Positions 47,610 through 55,789 of a stretch of DNA of 64,000 nt are shown here, piece after piece. This DNA comes from an uncultured virus (IMG/VR IMGVR_UViG_2663762966_000001). Lineage: Duplodnaviria > Heunggongvirae > Uroviricota > Caudoviricetes. The position numbers and the translations under genes are program-made. The number at the start of each line of letters is the position of its first letter. Position 1 is the first letter of the stretch. The notes beneath the pieces were generated by a model. It was not told the DNA's origin and ran no database searches. It saw only the letters and a list, made by a program, of their open reading frames with translations. The stretch is from the IMG/VR virus record IMGVR_UViG_2663762966_000001, positions 1-64,000 of that record. One strand, given 5' to 3'.

Positions 47610-48740
47610 GTGTACAGAGGTATTGAAATTAAACCTAATGGAAAGAAGTATTGGCGCTATCGTTTCCAGTGGCTTAAGAAAACTCAAATGATGAGTTTAG
47701 GTGAGTACCCTATTATTGGCTTGGCCGAAGCACGTACAAAACGAGATGAGGCTAAATCATTAGTAGCAAGTGGTATAAATCCAGTCGAAGAAAAAGAAAA
47801 CCAAAAAAAGGCTAAATCTGATGAGTATGAAAATAGAGTTCTCTTTAAACATGTTGCTGCAGAATATAAAGCTGAAAAATTAAATAATCGTTCAGAGAGA
47901 TACCAGGAAGCTTTTCAACGCGCCCTAGATAAAGATATTTTAAAAGTTATTGGCGATAAGGATATTAAAGAAGTCACCTCAGCAGACGTTTTGACAATTA
48001 TGAAAAAGACGATTGCACGAGTTAAGCGTCAAAAAAACCATGGTACCGGAGAAGTATCAGCAATCCAAAATCGTACTTTTATTGGTGGTGTTATGCGATA
48101 TGCAATCGCAACACTTAGAGCTGACTATGACCCAACGTATGCAGTTAAAAACGTTGTTGAGCGTCCTGAAATAGAACATGCCAGACCAATGAAAAAACAT
48201 GAAGCTGTGCAACTCAGGAATAAATTAAATAGTTATGGTGGATCTACTACAGTTAAAAATGCTGGTCTTGTAATGCTCTACTCAATGCTTAGGACTATCG
48301 AGATCCGTCGCATGAAATGGGAATATGTCGATTTTGAAGAAAGAACAATCACCTTTCCAAAAGAGATGATGAAAAAGAAACGTATTCATATCGTTCCTAT
48401 GTCCGATCAAGTTTTTAATATTCTTCAAGAGCAACGCAATATTGTTGGAAATCGTGAATATGTTTTCCCAGCAATTTATCAAGATGGAATGCTCTCAGCT
48501 ACTACATTGAACAAAATGCTTGATTATATTGGTTTGTCTGATGTAACAGCCCATGATTTTCGCGCTACAGCATCCACATTACTAAATGAAAAAGATTACG
48601 ATGATAAATGGATTGAAAAGCAATTGGCCCACGCAGATGGTAATAAAACCAGAGCTACATATAACCATGCAAAGTATTTAGAAAGCAGACGCAAGATGTT
48701 GCAAGACTGGGCCGATATTGTTGATAGTTGGGCAGACTAA
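47610..48740 (+). CDS. int: Tyrosine integrase (P4-like), 5'-truncated by ISAba1
   Basis: Partial arm-binding domain; catalytic R..K..HDFR..LAH..Y residues intact; first codons come from the IS end. Confidence 0.85.
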   Translation: MYRGIEIKPNGKKYWRYRFQWLKKTQMMSLGEYPIIGLAEARTKRDEAKSLVASGINPVEEKENQKKAKSDEYENRVLFKHVAAEYKAEKLNNRSERYQEAFQRALDKDILKVIGDKDIKEVTSADVLTIMKKTIARVKRQKNHGTGEVSAIQNRTFIGGVMRYAIATLRADYDPTYAVKNVVERPEIEHARPMKKHEAVQLRNKLNSYGGSTTVKNAGLVMLYSMLRTIEIRRMKWEYVDFEERTITFPKEMMKKKRIHIVPMSDQVFNILQEQRNIVGNREYVFPAIYQDGMLSATTLNKMLDYIGLSDVTAHDFRATASTLLNEKDYDDKWIEKQLAHADGNKTRATYNHAKYLESRRKMLQDWADIVDSWAD

Positions 48741-48949
48741 TAGTTTTGCTTCTTATCAAAGGTCCATCTTTTACTATTGTAAGTCACAGTGCCATCCAAA
48801 TTAATCGGCAACTCTTTTAATGAGTAGTCATAGATTTTAAGAACATTCCCATACTTATCTAAATCAGCGGGTAGATTACAAGTATTCTCCATCCTTCCCG
48901 CTTCCGAAACCATGATCATGACTTGCGACATCACAAAGCCCTTACACAA
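48737..48949 (-). CDS. Small hypothetical prophage protein
   Basis: 70-aa ORF converging on int. Confidence 0.5.
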   Translation of the reverse strand: MCKGFVMSQVMIMVSEAGRMENTCNLPADLDKYGNVLKIYDYSLKELPINLDGTVTYNSKRWTFDKKQNY

Positions 48950-49055
48950 ATCGAGATGTTCACATTACTATTAATAGTGTGAGCTGTGCAACCTGAGAAG
49001 ATTAAACACAGCAATGTGATGATCGATGCAGCTTTGGTACGTTTGCACATATAAG

Positions 49056-49610
49056 TTACTTCTTTAAAAAGAGTGCTAGTTCAGCTTCTCGGCGACGAAC
49101 TAGGCCCTTCATAACTTTGCCACCTGCTTTGTTCCAAACTAGGAATTGATCGGCAGCGCCTTGATAGTCACCTTTATTAAGCAACTTAAGCAATGTTGAA
49201 CCCTTAAAAGCACCTGAGCCAATGTTATAAGTCAGTGATACCAAAGCATCAAATTGATTTTGATTTATCGGCACAGTCACCGATTCATTTACAGTTTTTT
49301 CAAATTTAGCCAAGTAGTGCTTAAAGTAAGTCTTGGCTTGTTCTGCTGTACAAGTATCGCCCTTCTTGACCTTCACGCCATTTGGATAAACTGTGGTGCC
49401 AGTGCCAATGGTCCAGACTCCTACACCATCGTCATAAGCTGTGAATCGAGTGCCTTCAAATCCTGAGATTAGATCTACACCAACATCACTTGTAGTCATG
49501 CCAGAAGGTGCAAGTTTATCGACCACCTTATTTAGATCATCTACTTGTGCTTGTGTAAGCTTGCCACCTGCAATGACACGAGCAGCATCGAAGAAGTTTT
49601 TAACTGTCAT
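49056..49610 (-). CDS. Endolysin, GH24 lysozyme
   Basis: FEG....AY.D.VGVWTIG.G...QNQFDALVS..YNIG...GLVRRR..E. Confidence 0.92.
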   Translation of the reverse strand: MTVKNFFDAARVIAGGKLTQAQVDDLNKVVDKLAPSGMTTSDVGVDLISGFEGTRFTAYDDGVGVWTIGTGTTVYPNGVKVKKGDTCTAEQAKTYFKHYLAKFEKTVNESVTVPINQNQFDALVSLTYNIGSGAFKGSTLLKLLNKGDYQGAADQFLVWNKAGGKVMKGLVRRREAELALFLKK

Positions 49611-50002
49611 GGTCCACCACCTGTAATATCATTCTTAGCCTTCTTAACTTCTTTAATTACTTCGACAATCGTCTTACCTTCTTGTTTATCAATGAAGTTG
49701 AAGATCCATCTGACTAAAGCCCAACCGGGTAAACCACAAACAAAGAAAAATCCACCTAATGCAGTCATCCCCCATATATCTGTAACCCACTCATGAAGTC
49801 CCCACTTCACAATAATGAATGAACCCCCTGCCAAACTCGATACAACCGTACAAATCATCCCAACAGCCCACTCTCTCGGTGAACGTGGCATGCGTGTCAT
49901 CATCACAACCATTGCAACCAATGCGATTGCAAGCGTAATCATGATTGCAGCACCGTAAAATTTTAAAAGTGCTGTAAAACCGCTAGTGGAAACTGGTTCC
50001 AT
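49607..50002 (-). CDS. Holin-like membrane protein
   Basis: Three TM segments; overlaps the endolysin start. Confidence 0.7.
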   Translation of the reverse strand: MEPVSTSGFTALLKFYGAAIMITLAIALVAMVVMMTRMPRSPREWAVGMICTVVSSLAGGSFIIVKWGLHEWVTDIWGMTALGGFFFVCGLPGWALVRWIFNFIDKQEGKTIVEVIKEVKKAKNDITGGGP

Positions 50003-50067
50003 TTATTTCTCCAGAAAATTTAGGTAATAAAAAAGCACCCGAATTGGGTGCTATGAATTAGATAAAT

Positions 50068-52557
50068 TTAAGCTTCAGAAGTACTTTGAGTAATCTGATT
50101 TGTATAGTTCCAAACTGTGTTTTCCCATACATCACGTGCAGCAACACGAATGTAATATGGGGTAGTTGGTTGTAGTCCTCCAAAAGTAGTTGTTAAATCT
50201 GTGCCAGTCCATGAAGGCGGCATTTGTGTAGGATCAAAGTTAGGTGTAGCGCTTAGCCACACTGCATAGTCTTTCAGATCCGGTACTTCACTAGGCACCC
50301 AATTCACTGTAATAGAATCTACAGTTGCTGCTGTGTACACATTGAGAAGTACTGGTGGAACGGGATTACTAATACTCAATTCAGCAAAGGTACTAACTTG
50401 GTCACCACTCTTGCTAGCCACCCGAATTGTATAAGCACGGCCGATACCATCAGTTTTAGCCTCTTCTATCGAATAGCTATAATCCGTATTTGTTGTATCA
50501 ACTTGACGAATCATTGCCCCATTAGACCAGACCTGAACACGATAACCATCTGCACCGGTTGAACTCTGCCATTGAACTTTGAAAGTGGTACCAACAAACG
50601 GGGATTGAAGCGATAAGCCTTTAACGCCTGCAGGACGTCCACCACTTAAAGTATAGCTATACGCCGTAACCTCATCTAAGGTCTGCTCTTTACGCTCCAA
50701 ACCATTAAAGCTTGTGAACTTTAAAAAGATTTGTTTTTCTACTAGACCCTCATTGTACGGATATTTGAATATAGCTTTATCCAAACGAACAAATGGCTCA
50801 CCAGCGTTGTGACTTTGTGCATCATCAAAACGTCCACGTAAAACATCACTTAAGGTATAAAGACCAGATCCGTTTAAGGTGGCCACTTGATAATTAAAAT
50901 ACTCATCCCCCACTTTACAAAGTGTTTGGTCAGCTTGAGCATCTTCTAATGTTCCACTGAAGATCTGGCTTGCTGTATTTAGCTCAACCTGTAATGTCGC
51001 GTCATCTGCATCAATGGCGGTGATAAGCTGCCCATAACGTGCAGATCCATAAATTGTGCCAATCATTTCATATGTCGTATTATCAAGGCTTGCCCAAACA
51101 TTACAGCCGCCCCAATTAACGCCACCTGAAACTGCCACCCAAACTTGACTCTTACCATCTGTAAGTTCTAAAGGTGGTTCAAAGATAGCTGGAGCATTCA
51201 CATTACCCGGCTCTTCATTTCCGCCCTGATAACCATTTGACGCTTGAGAGTCATACTCAATGGCAGATCTTGAACCTACGGCCAGTTCTTCAGCCGTGAT
51301 AGTTAATTCACCGAAGTCATCTTCCTCAATACGTGTAATACGTACAGGAAATTGAATTAAGCCCAATGCTTCATCTGTAATAGTGACAATATCCATTGGC
51401 TCTAATCGGCAGTACTTCCAACCCAAATCAAATTCATACTCATTGCGAACATAAAGCAGTCGTTGTAAGCGAAGTTGTGCAGCATGACGTGCTATCTTCG
51501 GTTCACAAAAATAATGGCATTCCACAGGATCCTCGGTACGCAAGCCAAACATTTCAATATTTGCTTGGTCCTTGGCTTCTGTTGTTTCAGTGTTGTACTG
51601 GTTATAGCGATTAATGTATTCAATCTGCACATGATTATAGGCATCTGTATCACGGCTACGGCGCACACGTACTGGCTCATCCTCGCCAATAAAGTCATTA
51701 TCAGTTAAGTGGTAAACGGGTGTGAGATCAGGTGTAAAGGTAACGCCGTTACCCGTTATTGCAGAGTCCCCAAAAGAACGGATCTTTAAGCCATCCGGGC
51801 TTGGTACCACAGCACAGTTAACAGCCTCAACAATCTCATTGATAGTTTCATAAGCTGGGCGTTGTTCTGTGAATGCAGGACTAATCAAGAGATTAGCTGC
51901 CCGGCAATAGGTTCTAAACTCTTCTAGATCTGCAATGTTAAGATTTGGGGCTGCGCCATGTCGTGGGTGTGTAATAAAATCTTCAATAACATCTGCCGGG
52001 TTAGCATCATCAATTGTGTCAGATAGCGTGATAGTACTGATCACTTCAAAATTATGATTTGAAAGGCTGGCGCTATTACCCATCTCATAATTAGCTACAG
52101 CTACATATCCCAAATACGGATAATTAATTGCCTGTTCTGGATGCTTTGATACTAGCCATCCCCACGGCGGATTATTATTTCCATCGAATAATTCAAATTT
52201 TAACTGGTCGATAGGATCTAAAGTTATAGATCCTTCTTGTTTAGGCACATATTGCTCTTTATCTACCCAAATTAGGCCAATCTTTTTAATCTGGTTTTCA
52301 CATAAACCGAGCATGAGAGAGGCGCTATAACTAAAGGTGGTATTACTGGTTTTAGTACCCCCACCCTTACCACCAGACTTTTGAACTGTTGTATGAGGTG
52401 TAGCTGTAAAATCTCCATACCAAAACATATTAGCCGCAACACGGGTTTTGCCATAAACCAATGGCTGGCAAAGCCCATAAGCTGACTGCTGGATCCGCAT
52501 AGAGTTAATACGGGTATCCGTTGTACTAATTGTAGTACTACCAAATAATCCACCCAT
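50068..52557 (-). CDS. Tail hub/host-specificity protein (GTA-like tail type) with FN3 domains
   Basis: QQSAYG...P.VYGKTRVAAN..W; RG.FD; C-terminal FN3-like repeats. Confidence 0.75.
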   Translation of the reverse strand: MGGLFGSTTISTTDTRINSMRIQQSAYGLCQPLVYGKTRVAANMFWYGDFTATPHTTVQKSGGKGGGTKTSNTTFSYSASLMLGLCENQIKKIGLIWVDKEQYVPKQEGSITLDPIDQLKFELFDGNNNPPWGWLVSKHPEQAINYPYLGYVAVANYEMGNSASLSNHNFEVISTITLSDTIDDANPADVIEDFITHPRHGAAPNLNIADLEEFRTYCRAANLLISPAFTEQRPAYETINEIVEAVNCAVVPSPDGLKIRSFGDSAITGNGVTFTPDLTPVYHLTDNDFIGEDEPVRVRRSRDTDAYNHVQIEYINRYNQYNTETTEAKDQANIEMFGLRTEDPVECHYFCEPKIARHAAQLRLQRLLYVRNEYEFDLGWKYCRLEPMDIVTITDEALGLIQFPVRITRIEEDDFGELTITAEELAVGSRSAIEYDSQASNGYQGGNEEPGNVNAPAIFEPPLELTDGKSQVWVAVSGGVNWGGCNVWASLDNTTYEMIGTIYGSARYGQLITAIDADDATLQVELNTASQIFSGTLEDAQADQTLCKVGDEYFNYQVATLNGSGLYTLSDVLRGRFDDAQSHNAGEPFVRLDKAIFKYPYNEGLVEKQIFLKFTSFNGLERKEQTLDEVTAYSYTLSGGRPAGVKGLSLQSPFVGTTFKVQWQSSTGADGYRVQVWSNGAMIRQVDTTNTDYSYSIEEAKTDGIGRAYTIRVASKSGDQVSTFAELSISNPVPPVLLNVYTAATVDSITVNWVPSEVPDLKDYAVWLSATPNFDPTQMPPSWTGTDLTTTFGGLQPTTPYYIRVAARDVWENTVWNYTNQITQSTSEA

Positions 52558-52980
52558 TTATTTAAGCCTCTTCATACGAAAAAACCCGGCAATTCGCCGG
52601 GCTAAACTTCCTTTTGTTCCATCTTGGATAATGACTCCCTGATGGAGGTAACTGTGGATGACCTGTGGCCATTCGATAACAATTGCACCATGACTGATGC
52701 ATTTGCCAAAATGATATAAAACAATGTCACCAGGTTGTGGGGGACCATCAATTGGGTCACATACACCTAAAATGAGTTCTAAATAACGTTGCCCCATCTG
52801 GTGCATGTGCCAGTCAGGAGGATAAGGCCGTGGATCTAAATGATCCATGAGTCCAACTTTTTCATAGACTTCACAGATCAAAGTACCGCAGTCCACCCCC
52901 ACACCTTTTACTCGCCCTTGATGATGGTAAGGAGTACCAAGCCATGTAAGAGCTTCTTGAACAGCTTCTAGATTTTTCAT
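52558..52980 (-). CDS. NlpC/P60 tail-associated hydrolase
   Basis: WLGTPYHHQGRVKGVGVDC...H. Confidence 0.85.
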   Translation of the reverse strand: MKNLEAVQEALTWLGTPYHHQGRVKGVGVDCGTLICEVYEKVGLMDHLDPRPYPPDWHMHQMGQRYLELILGVCDPIDGPPQPGDIVLYHFGKCISHGAIVIEWPQVIHSYLHQGVIIQDGTKGSLARRIAGFFRMKRLK

Positions 52981-52981
52981 A

Positions 52982-55729
52982 CTACATATTTTCGAATAGT
53001 GGGCAAATCAAACTTGACCAAAGTGCAGCACCATTATCATTTAGATGAGTCCCATCTTGACTCAATGTTGAGCCACTCGAACCTGATGCTTGCATTCCAG
53101 CCCAGTATGTCCCGTAAAACTTTTCAGTAATGTTTCTGAATGTCGGCGTTATTGGGATGTAGATATAGTCATGTTTAGACTTCATATAAGCATCAACAGC
53201 TTCATAGTTTTCAAAATTTGTTTTTGCTCGCCCAACATTTACATTATCGATTACTGAGCCATTTTGAGCAGCTTCAGAAACCACGCCGAACTTTGGTTGA
53301 TGTGTGACAGAGTCCCACGCATTTGCTAAAGATGAATGGGCAGATAAAATATCTCCATAAAAAATAACTTCACAATTTTTGTATCCAGCCGATTTGGCAT
53401 ATAAAGATGTGGGCATATCGTTAAATTCATTGAAGTAAGCCCGTTTTGCATTGTTTACATAATACAAAGGATCTTTAGTTAAAGCTGATGGTTCAGATGC
53501 CCCCCAATTGATAACCGTTATTTCAGCTAAAAGCAGGTCGGGGTTAAACGCCCAAATATCATTATCTTGATAAATTTCAAGTCGATTACCATTCGGATCC
53601 CCCCACTCATGACCACCTCTTGCGCTATTAATTAAGGTAAACATGAACTCTCTAGGAGACCATTCAAAACCTACCACATTAAAACGATCCGAATTATTTC
53701 CCTTTGAAATAGTGATCGTTTTAGTCATACCAAGTGAATTTATTCCACCCACGGCTTTGTTTTTACAACGCATTTTTAAGCGCTTTTGATATTGAGTATT
53801 TCCTTTTGTTTCGGTCGCTGGTGGTTCATACATTGTGAAGGTTGCACCATTGGCTTCAACCCATTCTGAACCATTAAATACTTCAACTTTTTCATTACCT
53901 TCAGCTATAGAAATTGTGCAATTTCCACATTGTGAATCTGACCGATACACAAAATTGAACTGCCAAGCATCTGCAGGAATTGACATTGATACGCTTGCAT
54001 TTGCATCAGTCGTTGTCTTTGTTAGGCCATTTTTAACGTGCGCATAATCATCCCAAACATAATTATCGAGTTGATTTAGAACCTGCCAATTATTTGATGA
54101 AAATACTAAATCAGAATGATCATAACGCCGATATTGCTGACCATCCCAATGCTTTATAAAAGTATCAAACAGATTTGATGCAAAATCATTTGTATGCATG
54201 CATGGAGGTCTAGTGGAGGCATCAGTTCTAGCACTTGTATACATATTACCCTGAGTTAGAGAAGTGCCCGTCAAAACAACTGTAACATCTTTATTTTTAT
54301 CTTTAAATTTCTGATAAAAATTAGGACATTTCTCACGTAGTTTGTCAAAGTAATTTAATTTCGGAAAAACACTACGAACTGTTTGATCTACAACGGGAAT
54401 CTTGGACAAAAGTGCGTTAGATAATCTTTCAACTTTAAAATTGACAGCATAATCATATGTACAGTTGACATATAACTTAGATGCATTGGCCGGTATAGTG
54501 ATAATATAATCTTCATCAACACTATCAGAAGCTTTGAATTGCAATATATTGCCGTCTTTATCAGTAATATAGTGCTTACCAGCTACGCCAAAAGTCTTAG
54601 TGTTAATTGAATAGCTATGACCCTCTTTAACATCAAAATCTAATGCAAATAATGCGTCATTTGACTCTTTTCTAATGATATTACTTGGGGCATAAAAGAA
54701 TGTGTAATCAAGTACAAAAGCGCCATCAATTAAACTCTTAGCTAAAGCATCGCTAATTTTTTCAACTTTGAAGTTATTACGTAGAGTATAAGCGCAGTTG
54801 ACATATAACTTAGCAGCATTATTTGGGATGCGAATAATAAATTCTTTGCCGCGATCTCCAGATGGTTCAAGTGTTATAACTGCATTAGAGCTATCTGCAA
54901 TTATGTATTGAGGTGCAGTGCCATATGTAGATGTGCGAATAAGATAAAACTCGCCACTTGCAACATCAATACTCTTCGAGAAAAACCCGCTATTTGTATT
55001 TGTGATTACACCACTGTTATTGGAAAAGAATTGAAAGTCATTTGCTCCAAGTCCCGCAAAATTCAAATTAACGATTTCATTATTTAGCAAATATAATTTA
55101 AATCCTGCATAATCTTTCGTGCAGTTTACATATAGCATTTTGCCATTTTGAGGGATTGTAACTACATAGTCTTGTTCTAAAGTTTCACTAGAAGCAAGTG
55201 TTTGCAACACATTACCACTTGAATCGGCAATATAATAAGAACCAACCACACCAAAAGTCTTTGTCTTAAACACATATTTTTGGCCAGCTTGCACTGCAAT
55301 TGAAACTGCGAACAATCCTGAGTTAGATTCTTTAATAATTGTGTTATTTGGTGCGTAATAAAAAGTATTTAATTGCTTGAAGTTAGTATTTGAAAGAACA
55401 TCGATATAGGGTTTTGTTCGGTCATAAATACTCAACCCTTCATCAATCCAAACTGAGCCATCCCACTTATAAAGCTTTTTAGTATCAAAAGCATATCCCA
55501 CAGAGGGATTGACTGTTGGAACGGTAGCTAATAGCTCAGCTTCAGTGCTGTAAGCTTTCCAACCACCAGTTTCCATTAGCATTCGAACTAATTTTGCTAA
55601 TGTTGGATAGATCTGCCCCAAACGAGTTAAAACATCTTCACTATCTAAACCACTAATAAATTTTTGCAAACTCTCAGCGTCTAAACCTGCATCCACAAGC
55701 TGCTGTCTAGTAACGATCTCATCAGCCAT
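52982..55729 (-). CDS. Tail spike/fibre with three tandem beta-modules and an SGNH esterase-like domain
   Basis: GTSLT...SARGG...INW...DGTHLN; three YxIADSS..IP.NA.KLYVNC repeats; ATG 55729 with GGAG RBS. Confidence 0.7.
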   Translation of the reverse strand: MADEIVTRQQLVDAGLDAESLQKFISGLDSEDVLTRLGQIYPTLAKLVRMLMETGGWKAYSTEAELLATVPTVNPSVGYAFDTKKLYKWDGSVWIDEGLSIYDRTKPYIDVLSNTNFKQLNTFYYAPNNTIIKESNSGLFAVSIAVQAGQKYVFKTKTFGVVGSYYIADSSGNVLQTLASSETLEQDYVVTIPQNGKMLYVNCTKDYAGFKLYLLNNEIVNLNFAGLGANDFQFFSNNSGVITNTNSGFFSKSIDVASGEFYLIRTSTYGTAPQYIIADSSNAVITLEPSGDRGKEFIIRIPNNAAKLYVNCAYTLRNNFKVEKISDALAKSLIDGAFVLDYTFFYAPSNIIRKESNDALFALDFDVKEGHSYSINTKTFGVAGKHYITDKDGNILQFKASDSVDEDYIITIPANASKLYVNCTYDYAVNFKVERLSNALLSKIPVVDQTVRSVFPKLNYFDKLREKCPNFYQKFKDKNKDVTVVLTGTSLTQGNMYTSARTDASTRPPCMHTNDFASNLFDTFIKHWDGQQYRRYDHSDLVFSSNNWQVLNQLDNYVWDDYAHVKNGLTKTTTDANASVSMSIPADAWQFNFVYRSDSQCGNCTISIAEGNEKVEVFNGSEWVEANGATFTMYEPPATETKGNTQYQKRLKMRCKNKAVGGINSLGMTKTITISKGNNSDRFNVVGFEWSPREFMFTLINSARGGHEWGDPNGNRLEIYQDNDIWAFNPDLLLAEITVINWGASEPSALTKDPLYYVNNAKRAYFNEFNDMPTSLYAKSAGYKNCEVIFYGDILSAHSSLANAWDSVTHQPKFGVVSEAAQNGSVIDNVNVGRAKTNFENYEAVDAYMKSKHDYIYIPITPTFRNITEKFYGTYWAGMQASGSSGSTLSQDGTHLNDNGAALWSSLICPLFENM

Positions 55730-55789
55730 TGCCTTTTCTCCAAGCATAAAAAAAGCCCCGATAAAGGGGCTTGGATTTCTGTTAATTAA

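Larger units (their letters stand above)
46440..47619 (-). mobile_element. ISAba1 (IS4 family), 1180 bp
   Basis: Terminal IRs CTCTGTACACGACAAA / TTTGTCGTGTACAGAG; two transposase ORFs; length matches ISAba1. Confidence 0.95.

Noticed and set aside
47620..48740. ISAba1-driven resistance gene
   Set aside because: The downstream gene is an integrase; no resistance gene was recognised in the window
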